From positions 4,062 through 68,061 of the forward strand of contig SVSP01000009.1 of NCBI GenBank assembly GCA_015064255.1: 64,000 bases of DNA, written 5' to 3'. The notes under the pieces were generated by a model. It did no database searches and was not told where the DNA came from. It saw only the letters and a program-made list of their open reading frames with translations. The DNA is from Oscillospiraceae bacterium. GTDB taxonomy: Bacteria > Bacillota > Clostridia > Oscillospirales > CAG-272. Shown piece by piece: positions 44,496 to 55,136 of this stretch (position 1 is its first letter; every line of letters begins with the position of its first letter). Position numbers and translations under genes: made by a program.

Positions 44496-46223
44496 GTGAA
44501 AGTGAATTTTAGAATTATGTTTTTTCCGCAAACACCAAGCTGCTATGATATTCCCCTTCCCGAATATCCGCGTCCGCAGTTTGTCAGAAACAGTTATATT
44601 TGTCTTAACGGCCTTTGGGACTATATTATCACTTCCGAAAATTCTATTCCTCAAAAATACACCGGCAAGATTAAGGTTCCGTTTTCTCCCGAAAGCAAGC
44701 TTTCTTTAGTAAATCAGAAGCTTTCTGCCGCAGAAACTCTTTGGTACAGACGAAATTTCGATATTTCCGAAGATTTTATGAAGGATAGACTTATAATCAA
44801 TTTCGGTGCGGTCGATTTCTTTACTGATCTTTATATTAACGGCTCGCTCGCAGGATGTCACAGCGGCGGATATACTTCTTTTTCCTTTGACATCACCGAG
44901 TTTATTCATCTCGGCGAAAACGAAATTATCGTAGCTGTACGTGACGAATCCGACACGTCATATCATTCGCGCGGAAAGCAGAGAGAAAAGCGAGGCGGTA
45001 TCTGGTACACCTCTCAAAGCGGAATATGGCAGACCGTTTGGCTTGAAAGCGTTCCGAATGCCTACATTTCTTCACTCCTTATAGTTCCCTCACTTAAGCG
45101 CTCGTCCGTTTCCGTTACAGTTTGTTCCGACAGCCAAAGCTCTGCCGTGATCGAGTTTGACGGCAAAAGCTACGCGGCAGAAGTTAACGAGCCGTGCGAG
45201 ATACGTCTTGACAATTTCATCGCTTGGACCCCCGAAACGCCTCAGCTTTACGAGTTTTCGGTAACGCTCGAAAATGATCGTATAGACAGTTATTTTGCTA
45301 TGCGCAGCTTTTCGGTCAAAAAGGATGAAAAAGGTATAATGCGTCTTTTCCTTAACGGAAAGCCTTATTTTCACAACGGTCTTCTCGATCAAGGATATTT
45401 CGGAGAAGGACTTTACACACCTGAAAGCGACGAAATGATGATTTCCGATATCGTACGCACCAAAGAAATGGGATTTAATATGCTACGAAAGCATATTAAG
45501 ATCGAGCCTATGCGTTGGTATTACCACTGCGACCGTCTCGGAGTGCTCGTATGGCAGGATATGATAAACGGAGGGCGTCACTATAATCCTCTTGTTATTT
45601 CTACCCCGCTTATAACGAAGATACATTTTAAAGACAACCGCTATTCATGGTTTGCGCGAAGTGATAAAGCAGGCCGTGACGAATATTACCGCGAGCTTGA
45701 AGAAACGGTCAAACAGCTTATAAACGTACCTTCTCTCGCTATGTGGGTTCTCTTCAACGAGGGGTGGGGGCAGTTTGACGCGGCAAAGGCTTACGAAAAG
45801 CTCTTATCTCTTGACACAACGCGAACTGTTGACCACGCAAGCGGCTGGCACGATCAAGGCATCGGAGATATTCAAAGTTTGCACTTATATTTTACCAAAT
45901 ATAAGTTTACTCCCGACAAGCTCGGCAGAGCCGTTATCCTCAGCGAGTTCGGCGGATATAATTACAGAGTCGAAGGACATTCGTTTAACACTCGTAATTT
46001 CGGATACAAGCATTTAAAAACGCCCGAGGAACTTAAAAACAGCCTCGAATTACTTTACAAGGAGCAGATATTCCCTGCAATAGAACAAGGACTCGCCGCT
46101 GCGGTTTACACCCAGCTTTCCGACGTCGAGGACGAGGTGAACGGACTTATCACGCATGACCGTGCAGAAATCAAGCTTCCCACAGAAGAGATACGCAGGA
46201 TAGTTGAGTATAAAAATTCTTAA
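44496..46223 (+). CDS. glycoside hydrolase family 2 protein (short form)
   Basis: LNGLWDY, NGSLAGCHSGGYTSFSFDIT and FNMLRKHIK motifs of the GH2 sugar-binding and TIM-barrel domains. Start is uncertain (GTG 44496 or ATG 44517) and neither has a good RBS. Confidence 0.7.
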   Translation: MKVNFRIMFFPQTPSCYDIPLPEYPRPQFVRNSYICLNGLWDYIITSENSIPQKYTGKIKVPFSPESKLSLVNQKLSAAETLWYRRNFDISEDFMKDRLIINFGAVDFFTDLYINGSLAGCHSGGYTSFSFDITEFIHLGENEIIVAVRDESDTSYHSRGKQREKRGGIWYTSQSGIWQTVWLESVPNAYISSLLIVPSLKRSSVSVTVCSDSQSSAVIEFDGKSYAAEVNEPCEIRLDNFIAWTPETPQLYEFSVTLENDRIDSYFAMRSFSVKKDEKGIMRLFLNGKPYFHNGLLDQGYFGEGLYTPESDEMMISDIVRTKEMGFNMLRKHIKIEPMRWYYHCDRLGVLVWQDMINGGRHYNPLVISTPLITKIHFKDNRYSWFARSDKAGRDEYYRELEETVKQLINVPSLAMWVLFNEGWGQFDAAKAYEKLLSLDTTRTVDHASGWHDQGIGDIQSLHLYFTKYKFTPDKLGRAVILSEFGGYNYRVEGHSFNTRNFGYKHLKTPEELKNSLELLYKEQIFPAIEQGLAAAVYTQLSDVEDEVNGLITHDRAEIKLPTEEIRRIVEYKNS

Positions 46224-46249
46224 TTTTCAAATCAGGAGGAGAAAAAAAT

Positions 46250-47062
46250 ATGGCAAAGCTTCATATGCTTAAATCTGTCACAGATACTATCAACACTTCT
46301 TTTATAGTTCAAGACGAAAACAGTCTTATCGTTTTTGACGGCGGTTTTCAGAGCGAGGCAGAATATCTTCACGATTATCTCTCAGCGCTTGGCGGCGTTG
46401 TGAACGGTTGGTTTCTTACACATATGCATTCCGACCATGTGGGCGCAATAATAAAAATACTAAATGACTACCCAGACATTACAATAGAAAAAATATACTG
46501 CAACTTTCCTTCCGATGAATATCTCGCGCAGTACGAACCAAACACATCACCTAATTCAACGCTTTACTACTCAAGTCTTTTCAGAAATACGGTTTCCGAC
46601 AAAAAAGTGTGTCAGATAACCGTAAACGAGAACGAGGTATTTAATTTCAGCGGAATTTCGGTTCGCGTTCTCCTAACGCACGAAGGTGCTTCGGGAAGCG
46701 TCAACAATTCATCTACTGTCTTTTCGGTAGAAGTAAACGGCAAAAGAATACTTTTCCTCGGTGACCTCGGCGTGAGTGGCGGAAACAGACTTTTAAGAAA
46801 AAACGATCACTCTATGCTTAGATCGGATTACGTACAAATGGCTCATCACGGTCAGGACGGTGTCGATAAAAACGTATATGAAGCTATCCATCCGAGATTT
46901 TGCTGCTGGTGTACACCTTCTTGGCTTTGGGACAATTTGGGACCAAACGGTTATGACACGGGTGTTTATAAAACCATCATTGTTCGCGGCTGGATCAGTT
47001 CTCTAAGATGCGTTGAGAAGCATTATGTTATGACCGAGGGTACACACACAATTGAATTATAA
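46250..47062 (+). CDS. MBL-fold metallo-hydrolase
   Basis: LTHMHSDHVGA (HxHxDH) plus downstream MAHHG; AGGAGG RBS. Confidence 0.75.
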   Translation: MAKLHMLKSVTDTINTSFIVQDENSLIVFDGGFQSEAEYLHDYLSALGGVVNGWFLTHMHSDHVGAIIKILNDYPDITIEKIYCNFPSDEYLAQYEPNTSPNSTLYYSSLFRNTVSDKKVCQITVNENEVFNFSGISVRVLLTHEGASGSVNNSSTVFSVEVNGKRILFLGDLGVSGGNRLLRKNDHSMLRSDYVQMAHHGQDGVDKNVYEAIHPRFCCWCTPSWLWDNLGPNGYDTGVYKTIIVRGWISSLRCVEKHYVMTEGTHTIEL

Positions 47063-47063
47063 C

Positions 47064-47101
47064 AAAAAACATTGGAGAGTTCAGATTCTCCAATGTTTTT
47101 T
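47064..47101. terminator. bidirectional terminator
   Basis: ACATTGGAGA / TCTCCAATGT stem flanked by A- and T-runs. Confidence 0.8.
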
Positions 47102-47105
47102 ATAT

Positions 47106-47723
47106 TCAGTTTATATTGGGATCAAAGAGCTTGAACACGGCTTCCGACATAACAAAAATATCTTTATCGCTGATAAGTCTTCCTCTTTTTGCCGAAACGA
47201 ATATTCCTTCGTCAAGACCGGTTATTGTAGAGGGTTTTCCTTTTATAACTACTATCGCTATCTCATCTGCACCGCGTTTGGGTCTTATAAGAATATTTTC
47301 CTCTCTCCTCGGAGTCGACATTCCGCCGAACATATAAAGCTGCTCCCAATAGAGAGTTTCGTCATCTCGGCAGTGTATATGGCTACCTTTTCCTGCAGAT
47401 TTCTTGGTAACATATATAACAATTTTTTTACCTTTGAAAGTGAAGCGAACAGTATTTACGTATTCATCCTCTTCTGTAATTTCACCGAACTTACGGTAAT
47501 AGCTGTAAAAAGAGAGTTCCTGCTCACTTACACATTCCATCACATCCGAAACACTGCAAGAAAGTGCCGTACATATACTTGCGATAGTTTCTGTGGTAAC
47601 CGTTTCATTTTTCGAGAGCTTTGCAAGTGTGCGCGAGCTCATCCCCGTAAGCTCCATAAGCTCCGTTTTACTTATTTTCTTATCAACGAGTGTTTTCCAA
47701 AGATTTGAATAGCTTATATACAT
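47106..47723 (-). CDS. XRE-type HTH protein fused to an unrecognised 140-aa C-terminal domain
   Basis: N-terminus LWKTLVDKKISKTELMELTGMSSRTLAKLSKNETVTTETIASIC is HTH_3-like. Start at MYISYSNLW with an AGGAGAAG RBS; the track start is 51 nt upstream. Confidence 0.65.
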   Translation of the reverse strand: MYISYSNLWKTLVDKKISKTELMELTGMSSRTLAKLSKNETVTTETIASICTALSCSVSDVMECVSEQELSFYSYYRKFGEITEEDEYVNTVRFTFKGKKIVIYVTKKSAGKGSHIHCRDDETLYWEQLYMFGGMSTPRREENILIRPKRGADEIAIVVIKGKPSTITGLDEGIFVSAKRGRLISDKDIFVMSEAVFKLFDPNIN

Positions 47724-47868
47724 ATTTCTTCTCCTTTCGCTTTTTACGTTATCATTATAGCATACTATTTTCAAAATGTCAATATATATTTACAAAAGTA
47801 AATATATATTTTATGTAAAAAACAAAAGAAGCAAAAAATTGCTTCTTTTATTAATTTGATTTTTCAAT

Positions 47869-48477
47869 TCAGATAAGCTTATCAATATACTCTGCATAGA
47901 GCTTACCGATAAACTCTGCGCCCTTTGCCGTAGGATGAACACCGTCTGAAGCGTAGGTCAGCGGGTAATCGCCTATATATGCAGAAGCAAGAAGTCCGTC
48001 TGTGGGAAGATATACGTCTGCAAATTCTCTCGCGAGCTTTCTGATTATCTCGATCTTCGGTGCGAGGTCTTCGCGGAAGAACGCCTTATCAACGCACGGG
48101 ATAAGGAAAGGCTCCATTATCATTATCTTTGCGTTTGTCTTTTCCTTGATCGCTGCAAGAACTGTTCTGTAACGTTCCTCAAATATTGCATCGGGAATCC
48201 AGGTCTTGTTTCCTGCGTTATGCCAAACATCGTTGATTCCTATAAGTATGGAAACGATATCGGGGTTTATTTCGAGGAAATCCTTGTCAAGACGGTTTAC
48301 AAGATCTCTTGTCTGGTTGCCCGAAATACCGAGATTTACGAACTCGAATTCGATTTCAGGATGCTTTTCCTTAATAAATGCTGCCGCATATTTGGGATAT
48401 CCGTTACCGAGATCGTGATAGTCTGCTCTGTTTCTGCCTGCATCTGTAATGCTGTCACCTTGGAATAAAATTTTCAT
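47869..48477 (-). CDS. SGNH/GDSL hydrolase
   Basis: ILFQGDSITDAGR block I, GINDVW block III, DGVHP block V. Start at MKILFQG with a GGAGG RBS. Confidence 0.8.
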   Translation of the reverse strand: MKILFQGDSITDAGRNRADYHDLGNGYPKYAAAFIKEKHPEIEFEFVNLGISGNQTRDLVNRLDKDFLEINPDIVSILIGINDVWHNAGNKTWIPDAIFEERYRTVLAAIKEKTNAKIMIMEPFLIPCVDKAFFREDLAPKIEIIRKLAREFADVYLPTDGLLASAYIGDYPLTYASDGVHPTAKGAEFIGKLYAEYIDKLI

Positions 48478-48495
48478 AATATCCTCCATTTTGTT

Positions 48496-49362
48496 TTATT
48501 TTACAAATTCTACTGTTTTTGCATACTCGAATATATCATCATAGCATTTTTCCATATCCTCGACAAGTGCGCCGAACTGAACAAGCCAAAATGCATCTGA
48601 AGTTTCATAAACAAACGCAATATAGCTATACTCCTCGCCCGAGTCCGGATTTGTTCCGTCATACTCAAAATATAAAAGCGAATCTCTTTCTTTGAGCTGT
48701 GTCGAAGAATCGTATTTGTTGACCTCTATAACAGCTTCTCCGTACTGCTCAAGAGTAAAGCTATCAAGTCCTTCATAAACGTCAAAACGTTCTTCAAGGA
48801 AAAATACTGATATTTCACCGTTACCGTAAGAAACTGTAAAATCGGCTATCGGCACTTTAATAAAATCGTCTGTAAGAGTTATTTTAACTCCGTTTGACGA
48901 AAACGTTCGGGGACTTGAATCGACGTTTGCGAAAAATACTGAAAAATATCCTACTGCAAAGCCTACTAATATTGCAATTATAAAAACTGTAATTCCCTTT
49001 TTCTTATTCTTTTTTCTGTTTTGAAGAATTTCCTCGTCAGAAACTCCGTCAAACAAAAACGCATTACCCGATATTAAACTAAAAGAAGTTCTACCCTGTA
49101 TAAAAACGTCTTCATTACCCGCAGGAATTTTATAATAATCGTTACAGTATCCTTTACTTAATTTATCTGTTATAGCAAAAACTTTTGCTTCGTTTTCTTC
49201 TATAACAAATGATTTTTCTTCGCCGTTTTTTATCTCACCGAGTTTGCGGCATTTTACATGATTTATAACGATATCATTCGACGTCGGGTCTTCTATGTAG
49301 AGTTTAATTTTGGCAAGACTGCCTACATAGCGTTTATCTCTTTTTACTGTAAGAGTTCTCAT
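48496..49362 (-). CDS. hypothetical single-pass membrane protein
   Basis: 288 aa, central TM ITVFIIAILVGFAVGYFSVFFA, GGAGG RBS. No family recognised. Confidence 0.55.
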   Translation of the reverse strand: MRTLTVKRDKRYVGSLAKIKLYIEDPTSNDIVINHVKCRKLGEIKNGEEKSFVIEENEAKVFAITDKLSKGYCNDYYKIPAGNEDVFIQGRTSFSLISGNAFLFDGVSDEEILQNRKKNKKKGITVFIIAILVGFAVGYFSVFFANVDSSPRTFSSNGVKITLTDDFIKVPIADFTVSYGNGEISVFFLEERFDVYEGLDSFTLEQYGEAVIEVNKYDSSTQLKERDSLLYFEYDGTNPDSGEEYSYIAFVYETSDAFWLVQFGALVEDMEKCYDDIFEYAKTVEFVK

Positions 49363-49430
49363 AATAACCTCCGTTCCGAATTTTATATTTTGATTTTATT
49401 CTGAAAATTTGAATGTTAATAACGGTATGA

Positions 49431-50735
49431 TTATTTCACATCAACGTAAAGTGAAACTATACTGTTTGCAGGGAGTTCGTTTGCAAATTCAAACTCTGCA
49501 TCGTTAGCTCCATCGACAGTTATAAGACTCTTGGTAACACAAGCATCCATACTCAGATCAATAGAAATATTGTCATCGGTAGGATTGGTAATAACAATAC
49601 ATCCGGTTGCCCCGTCTGTTGCGGCAACGGCATATATATCGTCATTACCCAGCTCAAGCTTTGCCTGATTTTCAAGAGCATACAGTCTGTTGAATGCCGT
49701 AAATGCATAGTATGCCGGGAAAGGCTCTCTCGTCAGCGGATTGAAGAGCGATCCGTACACACTCGTTCCGAAGCGCGCATCGTAGAACATAGCGTTATCG
49801 ACGGGCAAATTCTGGAAAGCAAGCATAACTGCCCCCGTGAGCGCAGCGTGCTTTGCCGTTCCTCTGAGGTTTACTCTGCAGTTCCATTCGTTACACGAGG
49901 TCTCGGTCTCGGTAAAGCCTTCTTCATCAAGACGTTTTCTCGCATAATTTGCATATATGATATTATTTTTTACATCACCATCATAGGTATGCCACGAGAA
50001 GAAATCAAACGGTGCGCCGGTTTTTTTGACGTAAGCTAAAAATCCGTTCATAAATTTTATGAAATGCTCTGTATGAGAGCTGCACATACCAAATGATCCG
50101 TCCGAGCCTGTAAGATTATAAAATCCGCAGCTACCGTAACCACCTATTTTAAGGTGCGGAAAACGCTGCTTAAGATGCTTTGATGCTATCTCATAGAATT
50201 CAAAATATTCCTCTGGACTTCCGCGCCACAGACAACTGGACTCCCAATTAGGATTATTATCGGGTTCGTTCCATATTTCCCAATATTTTATATCGTACTT
50301 AAAGCCATTACACCATCCTTCGGTATAATGTCTGATAATATGTTCGCATATTATCGCCCATTTTTTGAAGTCCTTCGGAGGATATACCCTATACGCTTTG
50401 ATCCTATGCGCATTTTCGATGGTAACACCAAGACGGAAAAAGGGTACGCAATTATTTTCCATAAGTGCTTTTATCATCAAATCTGTGAAAGCAAAATCAT
50501 ATGAAGCGTGCTCATACGGATTAGCGTCAAAATCTCTGAAAATGTTGGGAACATCTACCCAGCGTCCACCGCCATATGCACCGCCTACGTCGTGAAGACG
50601 TGAAAACGGAATGCCGGCATTTTTGAGGTGCTTGAACATAGAGAAATCTATACCCTCAAAAGGCGGCTGTCCTACTCCGTGTACAGGCTTTATTTTACCT
50701 GTAATATCTTTGAAATCAATATTTATTTTTGCCAT
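49431..50735 (-). CDS. GH39-like clan GH-A glycoside hydrolase (paralog 3)
   Basis: PKDFKKWAIICEHIIRHYTEGWCNGF, IKYWEIWNEPD, LKIGGYGSCG, FDFFSWHTY and CNEWN, the same motif series as 10224-12920. Confidence 0.65.
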   Translation of the reverse strand: MAKINIDFKDITGKIKPVHGVGQPPFEGIDFSMFKHLKNAGIPFSRLHDVGGAYGGGRWVDVPNIFRDFDANPYEHASYDFAFTDLMIKALMENNCVPFFRLGVTIENAHRIKAYRVYPPKDFKKWAIICEHIIRHYTEGWCNGFKYDIKYWEIWNEPDNNPNWESSCLWRGSPEEYFEFYEIASKHLKQRFPHLKIGGYGSCGFYNLTGSDGSFGMCSSHTEHFIKFMNGFLAYVKKTGAPFDFFSWHTYDGDVKNNIIYANYARKRLDEEGFTETETSCNEWNCRVNLRGTAKHAALTGAVMLAFQNLPVDNAMFYDARFGTSVYGSLFNPLTREPFPAYYAFTAFNRLYALENQAKLELGNDDIYAVAATDGATGCIVITNPTDDNISIDLSMDACVTKSLITVDGANDAEFEFANELPANSIVSLYVDVK

Positions 50736-50779
50736 ACTATCACACTCCTTAAAACATTACATCTTCAAATAATGTTTAA

Positions 50780-51688
50780 TTATTCTGACTTTCCGGGGCG
50801 GCAGGCATCGATACGGCTTATCATATTATGTCCTATATCAGCCATAAATTTAAGTCCGATAGGTACTACTTCGTCGTCCATACTGTCAACGACAAAGCCT
50901 GTTTCGTATGTGAAATCTCCTGTATAATCAATTTCTCCGAGTGCTTTTATAACTTCTTTCCAATTGATAATTCCCGTATAAGGAAGCTTATGCTGGTCGG
51001 CACGGTAATCGTTATCGTGAACGTGGAGAGATTTAAGTCTATCGTGTCCGAGCGCGCGTATATAGTCCCACGCCTCTTCCTTCTGCTGTACAAGACCGAT
51101 ATGACCGATATCGAGGCAGGCAACGATCTGCTCGCTGTCAAGCTCGTCAATATAGCGCACAAATTCTTTAATTTCCGAGCAGGTATCACAAATAATGAAC
51201 TTTCTTCTCGGATCTACCTGAAACATATTTTCAACACCGATCTTAACTCCGTACTCCTTAGCATACGGAATAAGTCTGCGGTAATATTCCATATTTTTCT
51301 CGAATATTTCTTCCTCGTGTCCGAGATATGTCCAGTGGTGAAGAGGGTGAACTACCGATACGTCTGCTCCAAAAATCGCGGAAATTTCAAGATTTCTGTA
51401 AAAACGAGGCATAATAATATTTTCAAATGCATCTGGATCATTCCAAAGCTTTATATTAAATGTAAACGGCGCGTGAGTCTGATTGATCTTAAGACCCCTC
51501 TGATCTGCCATCTTTCTTATTTCAAAAGCTCGTGTCTTATAATCGTCCGAATTAAATACCGAATCGTCGACAACAAGGCTTCCAAGGCTGTAATCGACAG
51601 CTTCGAATCCTGCTTCTTTAATAAGGTCAAGAGATTTTTCGGTTCCGAATCGAGGTTCAAGCGGATAAATGGGCATAGAAAGTTTCAT
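50780..51688 (-). CDS. sugar phosphate isomerase/epimerase (xylose-isomerase-like TIM barrel)
   Basis: 302 aa; VHPLHH, GVENM, LDIGH and HVHDN motifs. Confidence 0.7.
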   Translation of the reverse strand: MKLSMPIYPLEPRFGTEKSLDLIKEAGFEAVDYSLGSLVVDDSVFNSDDYKTRAFEIRKMADQRGLKINQTHAPFTFNIKLWNDPDAFENIIMPRFYRNLEISAIFGADVSVVHPLHHWTYLGHEEEIFEKNMEYYRRLIPYAKEYGVKIGVENMFQVDPRRKFIICDTCSEIKEFVRYIDELDSEQIVACLDIGHIGLVQQKEEAWDYIRALGHDRLKSLHVHDNDYRADQHKLPYTGIINWKEVIKALGEIDYTGDFTYETGFVVDSMDDEVVPIGLKFMADIGHNMISRIDACRPGKSE

Positions 51689-51787
51689 AGTTTTTAATTC
51701 CTTTCGTTTTTTTATATTTTATACCCAAAAATTTCTTTTGTCAATATAAAGAGAAAATATTTTATTACTTTGCTATTTGAACGTATA

Positions 51788-51812
51788 AAAGCCCGTCAAA
51801 ATGACGGGCTTT
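51788..51812 (-). terminator. hairpin downstream of the GH36 gene
   Basis: AAAGCCCGTC / GACGGGCTTT stem; a U-run follows on the minus strand. Confidence 0.7.
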
Positions 51813-51823
51813 ACATATTTTAT

Positions 51824-53968
51824 TTATTCTGCTTCGTAAAGTATCAGCTCCGAAGACATAGAGTTTGGAATATTTACTCTTATACCGGAAACCGAGATCT
51901 CATATCCCGAAACCGTAAAGGTGCTTCCCGAATTATCAAGAGTAACCTTGTAATTCTTTGCAGGGTCTATTCCCTTCGGAATAACAGTATAGTTCTCTCT
52001 CTTTGCAAGAGTGAGGGTAAACACGCCTATCGCACCCTTTGTTGCATCGGGGGCAGCTATTTCTATCACACAGTTTCCGTCACTCAGGCACCTTGATGCT
52101 TCGGGTGTATGATGGAACACAAGACACTCGGGCAAAAAGCTTCTTATGAAGTTTTTATACACATCCACGCTATGCTTCACAAAGTCCATCTGACACTTAT
52201 TCGGCTCTGTCGCGGCAGGTGCAACTACGTTAAGCGACATATGACCTAACATAGTATTTCTCATTTGCAGATCGAGAGTTCCGAAGCTGTGTGAGCCCAT
52301 TCCCGCAAAAAGTCTGTCCACTCGCTCGGGCGGAAGTGCCATAGTCATGCCGTTTGTGATGGTAACACTTCTCGGTGCCTTCTGCCAGTCGGACACCCAC
52401 GTATGATTAAATGCCTTCATCATACCGAGGTCTGTACGTCCTCCGCCTCCTGCGCAGTTTTCAAATATTACGTTCGGGAATCTGCGTTTTAGGCTGCGGT
52501 ACATCTTATATACTGCGTTAAAATGGTGCAAGGATATACATTCTTTTCTTCCCGTGCCAGTATCACGCATTGCGAAATACAGGTTGGAATCCATATTGTA
52601 GTCCACTCTCAAAAGGTCGAGCTTATACTCGGTAATAATGCGCGCAAGCTCATTTTCAGCCCACTCTGCGGCTTCGGGAATAGTGAAATCAATATAACCG
52701 TCGCACTTTGTGCCGTATATATTGTTACTTATCCACTCAAGATGCTTTTCACGGACTTTGGCAAGATTTCCGAGTCTTTCTATTTCAACCCAAAGTGCAA
52801 ACTTCATTCCGTACTCGTGGCAATAATCGGAGAGCTCTAAAATTCCGTTCGGATAACGCTCTGCATTAGGAATATTGGTACCGTTATATCCGTACCAATC
52901 GATATTAGGCTGAGGCGGACACTGCCAACCTGCATCAATTATGAAGATTTCCGCACCCATCTCAGCAAACTGACGGATAAATGCCTTTGACGTTTCCACC
53001 GACATATCGTGCTCTGCACCCATTCCGGATCCTACCAAGCAAGCAGAACCGTCGGCTTCGGGCAGATCAAGCACCGATTTTCTGATATGCGCATGCATCT
53101 CGTTTACGGCTTCGTCAAGTCCGCCTGCAACAACGCCCATATAGACCTCGGGCAGAACAAAATTTTCATTTGCTCTTATAACTGCCATCGGATTATACGA
53201 GGTTATTTCTGCTTTGAACGAAATATATGAGGGATGTTTTTCAAAGTTTGCATTATAATCAACGGTAAATCTACATCCACCGCTCCACGCTATCTGTGCG
53301 AAGTAGGTCGTTCCCATAAGATTATTTCTTATAAAGACGATCGGATGACGGTAACGGCTTCTGCCGAAGCGCGTGTCAACAGACGTACATCCGGGGAGAA
53401 TATCGTGCCACGCAAACTCGCCTTCTCTTCCCCACGAATCGTTATCGAAATAACCGAGGCTGTAAAATTTTGACGGCTCTCTCTCATCGGTCATTGATGC
53501 CTTATACGTATCTTCAATACCGCCCGAAAGCAGCGAAACACGGCTGAGAGCAAGATTTTCATCCGAAAGATTTTCGATTTCTATATATCTTGTGAACATC
53601 TGTGTTCCGTCAAGCAAGGTGTGTATCTTCAGACGCACGGGCTTTATATTACTGTCAAGAGTAAGCACAGCTTCGATATGATCTTCGCTTTTTTCGGTAA
53701 TAAAATCGACAAATTTAAGATCATAATCTATGCTCTGACCGTCGATCTCTATATTAAAAGCCGACGGCTCTGTAAAAGCTGTATGATTTATTCTCGAAGG
53801 AAAGCCCGAAAGGACGTTCAGCGGATATCCTGCGGCATTATAACCGGACGCAACAAGCATTCCCGAAGTGAAGGTTTCTTCATATACAAGAAGTTCGCTG
53901 CGGTAACAGAAAACAGGATTATCTCCCGGCTGATAATAGACATCAAAATAGTTATGAGTGGTCTTCAT
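51824..53968 (-). CDS. glycoside hydrolase family 36 (alpha-galactosidase family)
   Basis: 714 aa. FIIDAGWQ, LLRVDYNM and FENCAGGGGRTDLG resemble the GH36 catalytic-domain motifs (KxD nucleophile region, C-x-GGGGR). Confidence 0.75.
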   Translation of the reverse strand: MKTTHNYFDVYYQPGDNPVFCYRSELLVYEETFTSGMLVASGYNAAGYPLNVLSGFPSRINHTAFTEPSAFNIEIDGQSIDYDLKFVDFITEKSEDHIEAVLTLDSNIKPVRLKIHTLLDGTQMFTRYIEIENLSDENLALSRVSLLSGGIEDTYKASMTDEREPSKFYSLGYFDNDSWGREGEFAWHDILPGCTSVDTRFGRSRYRHPIVFIRNNLMGTTYFAQIAWSGGCRFTVDYNANFEKHPSYISFKAEITSYNPMAVIRANENFVLPEVYMGVVAGGLDEAVNEMHAHIRKSVLDLPEADGSACLVGSGMGAEHDMSVETSKAFIRQFAEMGAEIFIIDAGWQCPPQPNIDWYGYNGTNIPNAERYPNGILELSDYCHEYGMKFALWVEIERLGNLAKVREKHLEWISNNIYGTKCDGYIDFTIPEAAEWAENELARIITEYKLDLLRVDYNMDSNLYFAMRDTGTGRKECISLHHFNAVYKMYRSLKRRFPNVIFENCAGGGGRTDLGMMKAFNHTWVSDWQKAPRSVTITNGMTMALPPERVDRLFAGMGSHSFGTLDLQMRNTMLGHMSLNVVAPAATEPNKCQMDFVKHSVDVYKNFIRSFLPECLVFHHTPEASRCLSDGNCVIEIAAPDATKGAIGVFTLTLAKRENYTVIPKGIDPAKNYKVTLDNSGSTFTVSGYEISVSGIRVNIPNSMSSELILYEAE

Positions 53969-53990
53969 ATCAAATATCTCCGATTTTTAA

Positions 53991-55136
53991 TTACATAAGA
54001 GATCTGTAAAGTGCCTCGATATCTTCAACGCTTGTTTCCTTGGGGTTTCCGGGACGGCAAGCATCATTATATGCGTCAACGGACATCTGATGGATATCCT
54101 CTTCCTTTGCAACGCCCTTAAGAGATGTCTTGATTCCAACATCCTCTGCAAGCTGACGAACTGCGTCAACTGCTGCCTTGCGGTATTCGTCCTGAGTCAT
54201 TTCATCTACGCCCTTAACGCCCATAGCGCGTGCGATCTCGCGGTACTTTTCGCCGGTTGCTTCTGCGTTATACGCCATAACTGCGGGAAGAAGTGTTGCG
54301 CAAGCCTTACCGTGAGGCATATCGTAGTATGCGGAAAGTGTATGAGCCATAGAGTGGTCAACACCAAGACCTACGTTAGAGAAGCCCATTCCTGCGATAT
54401 ACTGACCGAGCGCCATACCTTCGCGTCCGTCAGGTGTATTATTTACAGCACCGCGAAGAGAACGTGCGATAACTTCAATAGCCTTGATATGGAACATATC
54501 GGAAAGCTCCCATGCACCCTTGGTGATATAGCCTTCGATAGCGTGTGTAAGAGCGTCCATACCTGTAGCCGCTGTAAGACCTGCGGGCATAGAAGCCATC
54601 ATATCGGGGTCAACTATTGCAACAACGGGAATATCGTGTGCATCAACACAAACAAACTTACGCTTCTTCTGAACGTCTGTAATAACGTAGTTGATTGTAA
54701 CTTCTGCTGCTGTTCCTGCTGTTGTGGGAACTGCGATTATCGGAACGCAAGGATTCTTTGTAGGTGCAACACCTTCAAGAGAACGAACGTCTTCAAATTC
54801 GGGGTTAGTAATGATGATACCGATAGCCTTTGCTGTGTCCATAGAAGATCCGCCGCCGATAGCAACGATACAGTCAGCGTCTGCTGCCTTGAATGCTTCT
54901 ACTCCGCTCTGCACGTTTTCAACTGTGGGATTGGGCTTGATATCGGAAAATACGCTGTACGCGATTCCTGCAGCGTCAAGAAGGTCTGTAACCTTTGCTG
55001 TGATACCGAACTTTATAAGATCGGGGTCGGAAGCAACGAAGATCTTTTTAAATCCTCTGTTCTTAATTTCGTCGGGAATAGCTTTGATAGCGCCTGCTCC
55101 GTGGTAGGAGGTTTCGTTAAGCATAAATTTGTTCAT
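53991..55136 (-). CDS. fucO: iron-containing alcohol dehydrogenase (lactaldehyde reductase/1,2-propanediol oxidoreductase type)
   Basis: MNKFMLNETSYHGAGAI N-terminus, GGGSSMDTAK, AVPTTAGTAAEVT, and HSMAH metal ligands. Start at 55136 with an AAAGGAA RBS. Confidence 0.8.
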   Translation of the reverse strand: MNKFMLNETSYHGAGAIKAIPDEIKNRGFKKIFVASDPDLIKFGITAKVTDLLDAAGIAYSVFSDIKPNPTVENVQSGVEAFKAADADCIVAIGGGSSMDTAKAIGIIITNPEFEDVRSLEGVAPTKNPCVPIIAVPTTAGTAAEVTINYVITDVQKKRKFVCVDAHDIPVVAIVDPDMMASMPAGLTAATGMDALTHAIEGYITKGAWELSDMFHIKAIEVIARSLRGAVNNTPDGREGMALGQYIAGMGFSNVGLGVDHSMAHTLSAYYDMPHGKACATLLPAVMAYNAEATGEKYREIARAMGVKGVDEMTQDEYRKAAVDAVRQLAEDVGIKTSLKGVAKEEDIHQMSVDAYNDACRPGNPKETSVEDIEALYRSLM

